IMG/VR virus record: IMGVR_UViG_3300013121_000033
Coordinates: 128,001 to 192,000 of that record
Reading direction: 5' to 3' (one strand)
Source: a virus
Lineage: Duplodnaviria; Caudoviricetes
Length of the DNA stretch: 64,000 nucleotides
Shown: positions 47,114 through 55,896 of the stretch, in pieces
How positions within the stretch are numbered: position 1 is the stretch's first letter
Layout: each line of letters starts with the position of its first letter
Program-made: the position numbers and the translations under genes
The notes under the pieces: model-generated
The model's database searches: none
What the model was told of the DNA's origin: nothing
Seen by the model: only the letters and a program-made list of their open reading frames with translations

Positions 47114-47155
47114 TGCGGGTGGAGGGAGTCGAACCCTCACGCCTTCCGGCGTCGA
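47114..47155 (-). pseudogene. 3' half of a tRNA-Leu-like class II tRNA
   Basis: V-arm ACGCCGGAAGGCGT, T arm GAGGGTTCGACTCCCTC, CACCCGC-A. Confidence 0.75.
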
Positions 47156-47583
47156 CTGGCGTTTCGCTTGTCATTCCACTCTCGCTTCGCCCGGCTACAG
47201 ATGTCGCAGCAGCAGCGCCGCTTCTGCCACGCGTACATCGTGCCGTGGGCGAACCCCTTGTCGATCCCCCTGAACGGGCTCGCCTTGCCGAGATTGGTCT
47301 TTCTGTTGTTCTCCGCTGGGGTCAACAACTGATAGTTGTCGATCCGATCGTCCATCGGGTCATCGTTGACGTGGTCGACGTGCTCGTCGGGGGCCAGCGT
47401 TCGCCCGAGATGCTGTGTCATCTGCCAGCGGGCGTAGGACATGCTGGTCCTGCGACCGTTTGCCAAGTGGATGACGACCTGCCGTCGTGGTCGGCTGCCG
47501 CCCGGACGCACAACGTACGGACCGTAAACCTTTGTGATCGCCACATCGAACGGATTGTGCATTGGGATGGCGAGTTTACTCAC
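47137..47583 (-). CDS. HNH homing endonuclease
   Basis: LGRTLAPDEHVDHVNDDPMDDRIDNYQLLTPAENNRK. Confidence 0.9.
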   Translation of the reverse strand: MSKLAIPMHNPFDVAITKVYGPYVVRPGGSRPRRQVVIHLANGRRTSMSYARWQMTQHLGRTLAPDEHVDHVNDDPMDDRIDNYQLLTPAENNRKTNLGKASPFRGIDKGFAHGTMYAWQKRRCCCDICSRAKREWNDKRNASRRRKA

Positions 47584-47640
47584 GGCGTGTCTGCCAGCTT
47601 TACAGGCTGCCCCACCTCTCCGAACGGTGGCGCGCTCCCC
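47563..47640 (-). ncRNA. non-canonical tRNA-Tyr(GTA)-like structure
   Basis: CAGC-CTGTAAA-GCTG hairpin flanked by further hairpins; no TTCGA loop. Confidence 0.4.
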
Positions 47641-47687
47641 GGTTCCGGGACCGGAAGGCGCGGCTGAATGCTCGTGCGCTCCGGTCC

Positions 47688-47726
47688 CTACGGAAGTAGG
47701 CGGCGGCGATACAAGCGTCGGGTCAC
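47688..47726 (-). CDS. leaderless leader peptide MTRRLYRRRLLP of Tyr/Leu tRNA locus
   Basis: TAGAGT -10 at 47735-47740; rare TTG, TAT, CTA, CTT codons; hairpin follows. Confidence 0.62.
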   Translation of the reverse strand: MTRRLYRRRLLP

Positions 47727-47825
47727 GGCAGAGAACTCTACTCGTCGAGGTCGCCGGTGTCGACGGGGTTGAGTTCGTCGGCGTGTTCCTGACAGAGGTC
47801 TAATCGAGACATGACCATGGTTCGT

Positions 47826-47864
47826 GTTGACGTGACCACAACAGTCGTGTAGGGTGTGGACATG
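47826..47864 (+). promoter_or_regulatory. MDND promoter cassette copy 12
   Basis: GTTGACGTGACCACAAC...TAGGGT...ATGGACAACGAC. Confidence 0.88.
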
Positions 47865-48164
47865 GACAACGACACGCTGATGCAAGCCCGGTGGGACGCC
47901 TTCATGGCGGACTGTGCAGCCGCGGCGGCCCGCGGGAAGGACTGGGACGCTGTCGGTGCGGCGTGGCGGGCCGAGCATCCCGACACCCGGTTCACCGACC
48001 TGCCCTACATGGAGCAGGTTCACCTGATCGCCGGGCTCGACGGGTTCTATCCGGACTTGATCGACGACGCCGTGGCGGTGTTCCTCGCTGACGACGAGGA
48101 CTTGGACTACGACATGGCTCTGCCGGTGGAGGCCGCGGCGCAGGCTGCCGCCAACGCCTACTGA
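47862..48164 (+). CDS. hypothetical protein (MDNDTLMQ...)
   Basis: cassette ATG. Confidence 0.75.
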   Translation: MDNDTLMQARWDAFMADCAAAAARGKDWDAVGAAWRAEHPDTRFTDLPYMEQVHLIAGLDGFYPDLIDDAVAVFLADDEDLDYDMALPVEAAAQAAANAY

Positions 48165-48221
48165 TCCGAAGGGTTCCGGGGGGGGGGTTGATACTGCCGT
48201 CTTGGAGCCCGAAGGCGAGAT

Positions 48222-48259
48222 TCAGAGCCCCTGGTGGACTCCCGCCCAACCGGGGGCTC
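48222..48259 (+). terminator. hairpin downstream of 47862-48164
   Basis: AGAGCCCCTGG...CCGGGGGCTCT. Confidence 0.5.
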
Positions 48260-48280
48260 TCTCGCGTATGGTCACCCGTC

Positions 48281-48718
48281 ATGGCGTACAAGCAGGCATG
48301 CAAGAAGCAGTCGCTCCGGTTCTACGCGGCCCTCGGGATCGTCCCCGGCTACCCGGGTGGTGCGGGCGAGAGCATGCGACGCGATCCATGGTGGACGGAG
48401 GGGATCGTGGCGGAGGAGTGGAACGAGGCCGCCGCCGAGTCCGCCGCGACGTTCCGTGTGTACCCGCCGTCAGTGGTCGTGCAGGTGGCGACGGTCGGCT
48501 ACCAGATCGAGGGTGACGGTCAACGGGCGGAACAGGTGGTGACGTTGACCGGAACGTTGAACCCTCACTGGGGTGACGACCAGGAGGCGTGGCGTGCCGC
48601 GGTCCTGGACGTCGTTCAGCGGCTCGGTGACCGGTTCGGGCAGGAGACAGTCCAGGTGAACTTCGAAGAGGTCGAGGTCGTCTACTACCAGCGGCACCCG
48701 GCAGCAGTGACGGTGTGA
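48281..48718 (+). CDS. hypothetical protein
   Basis: TATGGT -10 then ATG; GIVPGY...GTLNP...FGQETVQV. Confidence 0.75.
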   Translation: MAYKQACKKQSLRFYAALGIVPGYPGGAGESMRRDPWWTEGIVAEEWNEAAAESAATFRVYPPSVVVQVATVGYQIEGDGQRAEQVVTLTGTLNPHWGDDQEAWRAAVLDVVQRLGDRFGQETVQVNFEEVEVVYYQRHPAAVTV

Positions 48719-48719
48719 G

Positions 48720-49337
48720 ATGGGATGCGAGCATTCGCTGCTGGTGAACGGCATCTGCCGGGATTGCGAACCGGACGAACCCGGGCCTCACCAGCGGGGA
48801 CGGATCGTCGTCAATGACCGCCACGTCCACTACATCGACCGTGACGGTCCGGGCTGCTACTACTGCCGACGAGACGCCACGTCGCTGACGTTCGACCACG
48901 TCGTCCCTCGCGCCGTGTTCCGTGCTGGCCTCGCCCCGATCCCTGCCGGGCGGCTCAACAAGGTGCTGGCATGCCGGAAGTGCCAGAAAGACAAGGGCGC
49001 TCGACTCGATCTCGATTGGGACCCGCGGTGGTACGACCATGGCGGCCTGTACCGGCCGACACCCGAGGACCGGTTCGTTCGAGGCGTCCCCGACGACCTG
49101 CGCATCCTGCTCCCGTTCTCGAACGGGCCGCACAGTGTGCGCGCCTTCCGGGTCCTCTACCGCGACACCCTGGACTCTGAGGGCGGATGGAGTGGGGCTC
49201 GAACCCACACGGACGCTGCGAACGCCCCAACCGTTTTCGAGACGGCGGCCGGTAGTCCATCACTCGGCTTATCCATCCAGGCGGAGGGGGCGAGGATCGA
49301 ACTCGCAGTGAACTCCACAGAGCCCACACCCGGGTAG
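48720..49337 (+). CDS. HNH endonuclease (3' end antisense to two tRNA-Ser)
   Basis: CYYC...TFDHVVPR...NKVLACRKCQKDKG. Confidence 0.8.
   Translation: MGCEHSLLVNGICRDCEPDEPGPHQRGRIVVNDRHVHYIDRDGPGCYYCRRDATSLTFDHVVPRAVFRAGLAPIPAGRLNKVLACRKCQKDKGARLDLDWDPRWYDHGGLYRPTPEDRFVRGVPDDLRILLPFSNGPHSVRAFRVLYRDTLDSEGGWSGARTHTDAANAPTVFETAAGSPSLGLSIQAEGARIELAVNSTEPTPG
49184..49278 (-). tRNA. tRNA-Ser(CGA)
   Basis: GGA acceptor, long V arm, G73. Confidence 0.92.
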
Positions 49338-49373
49338 CAACCGGGCTGCCTTGCCAGCCGTAGCGACCCCTCC
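49282..49373 (-). tRNA. tRNA-Ser(GCT)
   Basis: loop TTGCTAC, long V arm, G73. Confidence 0.92.
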
Positions 49374-49406
49374 GAGAACTTGCGGGGTCGCGCGTGACGT
49401 CGCCGT

Positions 49407-49454
49407 CTAGCTCGACCCCTCGGGGGAACTCGATGACAGCGACGAACGGATCAC
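49407..49454 (-). CDS. leaderless leader peptide MIRSSLSSSSPEGSS of tRNA-Ser operon
   Basis: TATCGT -10 at 49462-49467; 8 of 15 codons Ser. Confidence 0.8.
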   Translation of the reverse strand: MIRSSLSSSSPEGSS

Positions 49455-49494
49455 GGCCGGAACGATACGCCCACCGTCCCGGCCGTGTCCACGA

Positions 49495-50061
49495 CTATTC
49501 GTCGGCGCCCCACACGCGGTTGCGGGCCTTCTTGAGGAGGCGGAGCAACGCCTGGACCGACTGGCGGTCCGACAGGTTCGCCCACTGGTCCCGGTAGTAG
49601 AGACGGCCAGGCTGTTCGAGGAACGCGACGAGCGCTTCGCCGTACGCCCGGTCGATCCACCTCTGATCTTCGGACGAGTCCTCGGACAGTTCCATGATCT
49701 TGATGACGGCGTTCCGGAACGCGGCTTGACCGACGGTGAACCCGGACGCGGCGAGCCACGTCTTGTAGTCGGATGCGGTGGTGAACCCACCGCGCGGCCT
49801 CTCACCGGGCGCTCTCTCTGCGGGCGAAGGCATCGACTCGCGGAGAGCGACGACCTCGTCGATGATGGCTTGCTCGACGAGCGCGGCGTGGCCGATGTCG
49901 CGGATGAACCGGCCGACCTCGGTGAGTGTCTGGTCGTTGCCGAGCCACTGTCGGATCAGAGCGGGTCCGTCGTCGGGGTTGCCGACGCCGATGGACACCT
50001 CGCCCTTGTCCCACGCGACGTTGATGCGGCCGTCGTCGGCCATGACGTGTTCTCGGGGCAT
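49495..50061 (-). CDS. hypothetical protein
   Basis: AAGGAGG RBS; C-terminal LKKARNRVWGADE. Confidence 0.75.
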   Translation of the reverse strand: MPREHVMADDGRINVAWDKGEVSIGVGNPDDGPALIRQWLGNDQTLTEVGRFIRDIGHAALVEQAIIDEVVALRESMPSPAERAPGERPRGGFTTASDYKTWLAASGFTVGQAAFRNAVIKIMELSEDSSEDQRWIDRAYGEALVAFLEQPGRLYYRDQWANLSDRQSVQALLRLLKKARNRVWGADE

Positions 50062-50094
50062 CTCGCCCTCCTTCTATGTGTGTGGCCGCCTATC

Positions 50095-50253
50095 TCAGGC
50101 GGCGCTGGTGTCGGAGGATAGACGCCGGGGGTACGCCACCTCCCGAACCAACGGACCTGGCCGAGGGGGCGGGCCGCCGTCAGTGGGGATCACGTCCCAC
50201 CGTTTCGTCTTAGGGGCCGGAGTCGTTTCGACGAACTCGATCCACTTCGCCAT
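50095..50253 (-). pseudogene. apparently frameshifted small phage gene (MAKWIEF...KTKRWDV / LGQVRWFGRWR)
   Basis: AGGAG RBS; coding-like sequence changes frame in a C run near 50165. Confidence 0.45.
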
Positions 50254-50335
50254 CTACCGCTCCTGTGAGGGTTCATCGGGGAGCACCACCCGGAAAGGGT
50301 TATGTTGGGTAACACGAGACGTGGTGGGGTAGGAG

Positions 50336-50617
50336 GTGCGTATGGCACCGATGAGCCACCGGCGAACCGAACGAGGGCGGTTCCTCTACGCGGCGCGAGT
50401 CCGGAAAGCGAACACGTTGACGGACGCTGCGATCGCCGCGTGCGGCGGTGACCCCGTGTGCGCCGCTGAGGTGATCGCCGCGTGGGAGGTCGACGTCGAG
50501 TGGGCTGACCTCGCTGGGCGGGCCGGAGTGAACGCCCCGTCTCCGATCACGGTGACGATGGTGCGGCATCGGGTCGAGGACCGCGCCCGCCGTGCCCGCT
50601 GCCAACGCCGGGGCTGA
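50336..50617 (+). CDS. hypothetical protein
   Basis: ARVRKA...WADLAGRAGVNAPS. Confidence 0.6.
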   Translation: MRMAPMSHRRTERGRFLYAARVRKANTLTDAAIAACGGDPVCAAEVIAAWEVDVEWADLAGRAGVNAPSPITVTMVRHRVEDRARRARCQRRG

Positions 50618-52097
50618 GCCGCCACCCCGGCCGCTCGCCGTCGTCGAACTCGAACGGGCCGTCAGCGATCCACTTCGCGGCGTCGGCGCTGTCGTCGTCG
50701 ACCCACCCATCGAACCGTGACCCGCCTCGGGTGCGGACGTTCCGGATGAGCGCGTCGACACCTAGGGGTGCGAGCGAGTTCGAGAGGACCGCGACGGCTT
50801 CGGTCGTGAACCGTGCCGCCTTGAGCCAGGCGGGGAGCGTCGACCAGGCGGCTTCGAAGGTGGTGCGGGCCTGGTACTCGGCTTCCGTGACTGGGGCGTG
50901 AGGGCTGGCCGGGTGGAAGGTGGTGCGGCCGATGGTGAACTCGGTCGCCCAGCCTTCGACGTTCAGGGCGGCGCCAGCGGTTCGAGCCCATTCGTACCCG
51001 GATCGGCGTGGACCTGCCCCGAAATCGGGGGGCGTCGTCGACGGCGGCCGGTGCTCGGCCGCGAGAGCGTTCCACTGGTCGAGTTCATCGGACTCTCCGA
51101 CACACGACGCGAGCATGTCGCCGGTGGCGACGAGAGCTTGCACCGCTGCTTCGGCTTCGCGTCGTAGCTGGTGCGGCGACGGCCGGTTCGGTCGACAGAT
51201 GATGACCTTGTACTCGCGGGGTTCCTCGGTGCCGTCCGGCCGCGTCCACGACGCCCGATAGGTTTGCTCGACATAGTTGATGGCGGCGTCGGACTCGGCG
51301 AGCATGTCGCCGAAGATGCGTGCCATCAACGACGTGTACCAGTGGGGTGGCGACACGGAGAAGTCGATCGTCGAGCCTTCCTGGATGATGCCACCGGTGC
51401 CGAGGAGGAGGGCTTCGGTGGAGAACGGTCGGGCGACGCCTTCGCGTTGGAGGAACGCCAGGAACCCGGTGAGGATCGTGGCGGTGTCGTCGACCGGTTT
51501 CACCTCGGTGGCGTAGGCGTCGACAAGCCAGGCGCGGAGGTTGTCGTCGAGGACGCGTTGCGGGGGGAGGGGGCGCAGGTCGGTGGAGCGGACTTCGAGG
51601 GTGCCGGTTCGACGGTTGTCGACAACCCAGTCTCCGAGGCGGGCGGTGTCGCCGTTCGGGAGGACGATCACGGTGTCGGGGTCGACACCGGGGGCGGGTG
51701 CGCGGTTCTCGACGCTGGCGCCGCGTGCTTCGAGGATCGCTGCGGTGTCGTCGAACCGTTCCCCGCTGGGGTCCTCGACTTCGGTGGGGAGGTACCAGCC
51801 GTGATGGTGGACTTGCGCAGAGTTGAGGTCGATCTCGACGACGTCACCGGCGCGTGCGTCGACGATCATGGTGGCGCCGATGACGGGACCGGTGGATTGG
51901 TCGAACTGCTGGTAGTCGTCGGGGGTGCGGCCGGTGAAGTCGCGCATGGTCGCGAACATGGAGGGGTCGAGGTAGTCGACTGACGGCCCGAGTGGTGCGA
52001 CTGCGGCGGCGAGCGCCGCGGTGACGTCGTCGACGGTGCGGCCGTCAGCGGGGATGGTGACGGTGAACGTGTAGCTGGCGTCGTCGTCCACGGTCAC
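50547..52097 (-). CDS. hypothetical multidomain protein
   Basis: GTGA overlap; codon bias. Confidence 0.75.
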   Translation of the reverse strand: MTVDDDASYTFTVTIPADGRTVDDVTAALAAAVAPLGPSVDYLDPSMFATMRDFTGRTPDDYQQFDQSTGPVIGATMIVDARAGDVVEIDLNSAQVHHHGWYLPTEVEDPSGERFDDTAAILEARGASVENRAPAPGVDPDTVIVLPNGDTARLGDWVVDNRRTGTLEVRSTDLRPLPPQRVLDDNLRAWLVDAYATEVKPVDDTATILTGFLAFLQREGVARPFSTEALLLGTGGIIQEGSTIDFSVSPPHWYTSLMARIFGDMLAESDAAINYVEQTYRASWTRPDGTEEPREYKVIICRPNRPSPHQLRREAEAAVQALVATGDMLASCVGESDELDQWNALAAEHRPPSTTPPDFGAGPRRSGYEWARTAGAALNVEGWATEFTIGRTTFHPASPHAPVTEAEYQARTTFEAAWSTLPAWLKAARFTTEAVAVLSNSLAPLGVDALIRNVRTRGGSRFDGWVDDDSADAAKWIADGPFEFDDGERPGWRLSPGVGSGHGGRGPRPDAAPSSP

Positions 52098-52501
52098 TCT
52101 CCGTACAGGCAGCGGCGGGCGTCGCGGAACGCTTGGCGTGCGGTCGCCGCGTCCCGCTTCGCTGAGGTTCGTTGCCCTGGCCGCTTCACGGTCCACGTCC
52201 ACCGGTTGTCGGGGTCGCCGTCGGGGTTGTAGTAGAGATGGAACTGGTCGTTGGTGGAGCGGTGGGTGCAGATGACGAGGTGGGGCTCGCGCCCTACTGC
52301 GACGTTCCAGCGGGCTCGCTTCGCGACGGGAGCGAGGACTTCGGCGGCGGCGAGGAACGGGGTGAGACGGTCGATGAGTTGGACGAGCGACGGGCACGCC
52401 GCGAGCCATTCGCGGTACGAGAAGAACGGGCTGTTGGCGTAGCCGTTGAGGGCGTCGATGAACGCGTCGTGTTCGGCTTCGAGGTTGACTGCGGACGTCA
52501 C
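52094..52501 (-). CDS. hypothetical protein
   Basis: AAAGG RBS. Confidence 0.65.
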   Translation of the reverse strand: MTSAVNLEAEHDAFIDALNGYANSPFFSYREWLAACPSLVQLIDRLTPFLAAAEVLAPVAKRARWNVAVGREPHLVICTHRSTNDQFHLYYNPDGDPDNRWTWTVKRPGQRTSAKRDAATARQAFRDARRCLYGE

Positions 52502-52607
52502 TGGGGGTTGGCCTTTCCTGTGGAGATGTCGGGCACCTGTGCCTCCTGTTAGCGGGTGAGTGCGATCCACGCGCAGTAGCCGTTGGCTGCGACGGCTGCC
52601 GCCACGA

Positions 52608-52877
52608 TCAGCCACGTGACGATGTCGAACGCTCGGTCGAGGAACCGGCGGCAGCGGCGAGACAGGATCGGTCGAGTACGCATGTCCACCTCGGGTCGCG
52701 GGCGATGCCGAAGCACAGGGTGGCGGCGTGGGGGTCGTTCTCTACGAGAACGACGACTTCGTTGGGGCCAAGCCCGACCCACGGGTAGGTGGGGTCGAGT
52801 TGCGGGATGATCTGGCAGCGGAGCCCTTCGCGTTCCGGCCACGGCGACCCGACGATCCGATAGGGCCAGTCGGTCAT
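52608..52877 (-). CDS. hypothetical protein
   Basis: ATGA overlap. Confidence 0.5.
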   Translation of the reverse strand: MTDWPYRIVGSPWPEREGLRCQIIPQLDPTYPWVGLGPNEVVVLVENDPHAATLCFGIARDPRWTCVLDRSCLAAAAGSSTERSTSSRG

Positions 52878-53063
52878 CGGTTCGAGCGTTGCCGTGAGCG
52901 TCGGATGCGGGCCTGCCGGTTGTGGATGCGTCGCAGGTGGCTGGGGCGGGGTCCGCCGAGTAGCAGCCGGTCGGGCGCGGGGTCGAGTTTGTATGGGCCG
53001 AGCGTGACGATCGTTCCTCCCTTGCCCCACCGGCGATTCCGGCGGCGTTCGCGGCGGGCGATG

Positions 53064-53465
53064 TCACGGCGATGATTCCGGGCGGTCATGGTTCTCCTGT
53101 GAGATGGCGTCGACTTTGGCGTAGCACCAGGTGCGGGCTTCGATCTCGGATGCGCAGTGGTAGCTCTCGATGGGGGCGGCGCCGGAGGCAGCCCACACTT
53201 CGCAGCACCAGCCGTCGCTGTCTGGTTTCGCGATCACTCCCGGGGTGTAGTCGCCGGGGTCGTACACCCAGAACCCTGCTTGCTGGATGAATCCCCGGCT
53301 TGTCCAGTGGTCCATCCATGCGAGGAAACCCGGCCAGCACCTGTCAGCACATAGATGGAACTTCTCGACGTGGTCGCTGCCGCCGTGGTGGGTGGGCGGG
53401 GAGAACGCGATCGCGCCGAACTCGGTCAACTCGGTGCCGCACCGGGCGCACGTCGGGCGGATCAT
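53064..53465 (-). CDS. hypothetical protein with Cys pairs
   Basis: CARCG...KFHLC..C. Confidence 0.65.
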   Translation of the reverse strand: MIRPTCARCGTELTEFGAIAFSPPTHHGGSDHVEKFHLCADRCWPGFLAWMDHWTSRGFIQQAGFWVYDPGDYTPGVIAKPDSDGWCCEVWAASGAAPIESYHCASEIEARTWCYAKVDAISQENHDRPESSP

Positions 53466-53674
53466 CGGGTCGCTTCCCGGTGGTAGCGGGCGACTGTCGT
53501 GAACCTGGTGGTGATGCGCAGGTCGACGGCGTCGCCTTCCCGTTTGTTCCCCGGGGCGGTGACCATCTTGACGAGCATGTCGAACACGGTCTGTGCGAGG
53601 TGCCGGTCGCGGCTCTCGTGGAGGACCACGGTTGGGCCGTCGTCGTCGGCGATCGTGACGAGGTACTTCCTCAC
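53462..53674 (-). CDS. hypothetical protein
   Basis: GTGA overlap. Confidence 0.55.
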   Translation of the reverse strand: MRKYLVTIADDDGPTVVLHESRDRHLAQTVFDMLVKMVTAPGNKREGDAVDLRITTRFTTVARYHREATR

Positions 53675-55725
53675 GGCGTCTCGTCCCAGGTGCGGCCGTC
53701 CAACTCGCGGCCTGCGGCCCTCTTTCCGACGTTGGCGACCCGGACGACGTCACGGCCGTGGAACCCGTGTCCGCCGTCGGCGTTGAGCCACCGACCCGCA
53801 GGGGCCTGATCCGGCGCGTCATCGTCGAACGGGACGGGCACCCACGCGCCCCACTGCTTGAAGAAGAACGGGACGGGCTGCGGGTGACGGCCGACCTGCG
53901 TGACGTGTTGCGACGGTCGAGCGCACACCCAGCAGTCGCCGTCGCCGTCCGTGTCGTTGGGGCATGGCACGGTGGCGGCCTGGCAGCGGTCGCGGAGGTC
54001 ACGTACCCAGTCGGGGTGCATGGGGCGTGCGCCGGGGCCGGACTCGCCACCGACGATGACCTGGTCGATGCCGGTGAGGTCGAGCGATGGGAGCGGACCG
54101 AGGAGCGGTTCGCACGACAGGAAACGCACGGCGGCCGGGGTGGCGCGCAGATGGTCAGCGCGGAACGTGTACCGGTCCGACTCGATCGACGTCCCCAACC
54201 ACACGTTCGGGAGCGGCCACGCGCAGGCGGCGTTCATCTGCTGGCCGATCGGGTACTCGCCGATCCGAGCTTCGACCTTCTCGCGGAACCCGGGATCGCC
54301 TACGACCTTCGCCATCCGCTGCGGCCGCTTGGTGAGCACCTGGAACGTGTGCTGCGACGCGAGCGCCATCACCGCGAACACCTCCACGACGAAGTCGACG
54401 GTCACCTGATCGTGGAACAGGTCCGACATCGAGTTCACGAAGATGCGACGCGGGCGCTTCCAGCGGAGCGGCTGATCGAGCGCGTCAGCGTGGGTCGCGA
54501 CACCGAATCCGGGGCCGGACGTCCGCGGGTCGCCGTCGGTCTGGTAGCGGGCCGATCCCATCGCCTTCAACCGCTTCGCCAACGCCAGCGCGTAGCAGTT
54601 GTGTGTTGCCAGCCCGGCAGCGATGAAGGTGCCAGTTGATGTCTGGATGTCGACTAGGTCGCGCACCCCGAGTCGGCGCACACCATCCACGGGGCTTGCC
54701 GCCTTTGGGAAGCGGCGGCCATAGAAGTCGGCGGCCTTGCGTGTCAACGCTGGCTGGATGCACGACAGGAACCTGACCTTGTCGGTGACGTCTCCGGCCA
54801 GTCGAACGCTTCGGCCTTCGGCGCTGCGGAAGTCCTCCCGTGTCGCCTTGAACCCCAGCCGGTCGATACACCTGACGGTCACGTCGAGGAGGTCGTTGTC
54901 CTTCGACTGGTTGAACCTCAGGTTTCCTCCGCTGTAGCTGCCGTCGGTGTCGAGGAACCCGGCGAGGAACCCGGCCGCCCAGTTGGGGTCGTCGCGCTCG
55001 GGGAGGCACTGGTCGGCGATCAGCAACAAGTTGTCCATCCGCCGAGTTTCGACCTTCGCCATCGGCGCTCTGACGCCACTCTTGGGAGCGAAGCCACTGC
55101 TGCCTGGCCCTTGGTCGAACGGGCGGATCGCGATGTTGGAGCAGCCCAGAGCCACGAGCGAAGCCGCGAACCGTTCCAGCAGCGGCATGTCCGTTTCGGG
55201 GTCGGCGACCCTCATGTACGACTGTTTGGTCCCGCCTTTGCCTGACCCGTCGATTCGCATGGTCCCGTCGCCGCCGATAACCCCGGCGACGTAACCGGCC
55301 CGGTACGCCTCGGTGTCGACGTTGGGGACCCATCCGGGCATACCGATGTCAACGATCAGGGAATCGAGGCCAAGCGAGTCCGCCGTCCGCCAGGAGGGTC
55401 GGGTGGGAGCAAGGAACCGGTGGTCGGCGCTCGCGATGATCGAGCGGTCCCCGACCGTTAGTTCTACCGCCTCCGCTCGCGTAGTCCACACATGTTCGAC
55501 GGCGGCTGTCTCGTACACCCGGTTCTGGCCGACGGACGGGGCCTCCGTGAACGACACAAGAAGGTCGCCGACCTCCACCTTCCCGATCGGCTTCCACCGC
55601 ATGTCGGCCATCAGAACGGGCGTCGCCGGGTCGAGGCAATTTTCGCAGCCGGGCGAGATGCGATCGCAGCCGGTCACCGGGTTCCACGTCGCCTCGGTCC
55701 ACTCGATCCCCGTCTTGTCTCCCAT
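53671..55725 (-). CDS. phage Gp37Gp68 / DUF5131 protein containing an intein
   Basis: [50 protein letters not shown]. Confidence 0.93.
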   Translation of the reverse strand: MGDKTGIEWTEATWNPVTGCDRISPGCENCLDPATPVLMADMRWKPIGKVEVGDLLVSFTEAPSVGQNRVYETAAVEHVWTTRAEAVELTVGDRSIIASADHRFLAPTRPSWRTADSLGLDSLIVDIGMPGWVPNVDTEAYRAGYVAGVIGGDGTMRIDGSGKGGTKQSYMRVADPETDMPLLERFAASLVALGCSNIAIRPFDQGPGSSGFAPKSGVRAPMAKVETRRMDNLLLIADQCLPERDDPNWAAGFLAGFLDTDGSYSGGNLRFNQSKDNDLLDVTVRCIDRLGFKATREDFRSAEGRSVRLAGDVTDKVRFLSCIQPALTRKAADFYGRRFPKAASPVDGVRRLGVRDLVDIQTSTGTFIAAGLATHNCYALALAKRLKAMGSARYQTDGDPRTSGPGFGVATHADALDQPLRWKRPRRIFVNSMSDLFHDQVTVDFVVEVFAVMALASQHTFQVLTKRPQRMAKVVGDPGFREKVEARIGEYPIGQQMNAACAWPLPNVWLGTSIESDRYTFRADHLRATPAAVRFLSCEPLLGPLPSLDLTGIDQVIVGGESGPGARPMHPDWVRDLRDRCQAATVPCPNDTDGDGDCWVCARPSQHVTQVGRHPQPVPFFFKQWGAWVPVPFDDDAPDQAPAGRWLNADGGHGFHGRDVVRVANVGKRAAGRELDGRTWDETP
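54598..55638 (-). mobile_element. intein (347 aa) with LAGLIDADG endonuclease
   Basis: [42 protein letters not shown]. Confidence 0.93.
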
Positions 55726-55896
55726 CACACGACTCCTACGAGAGGTCTGGCGACACGGTCGGCGTCGCGGCCATCGCACAGCCGCCATTGCACGACACCA
55801 GATCGGCTCGTGTGCATCCACACGCCGTCGACCTGGACGATCCACGCGCCGCAGGCGCATTCTTGGCCCTCGCTCCGGATTCGGGATTCGGTCTTG

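Noticed and set aside
47137-47583. Group I intron in tRNA-Leu
   Set aside because: The insert is fully occupied by the HNH ORF, no catalytic core is recognisable, and no matching 5' acceptor strand is found.
48178-48187. G10 run as a phase-variation switch
   Set aside because: Intergenic and about 80 nt from the nearest plausible -10; no evidence of function.
584-49373. Suppressor tRNAs or genetic-code reassignment
   Set aside because: No CTA/TTA/TCA anticodon found, and genes end normally at TAG/TGA.
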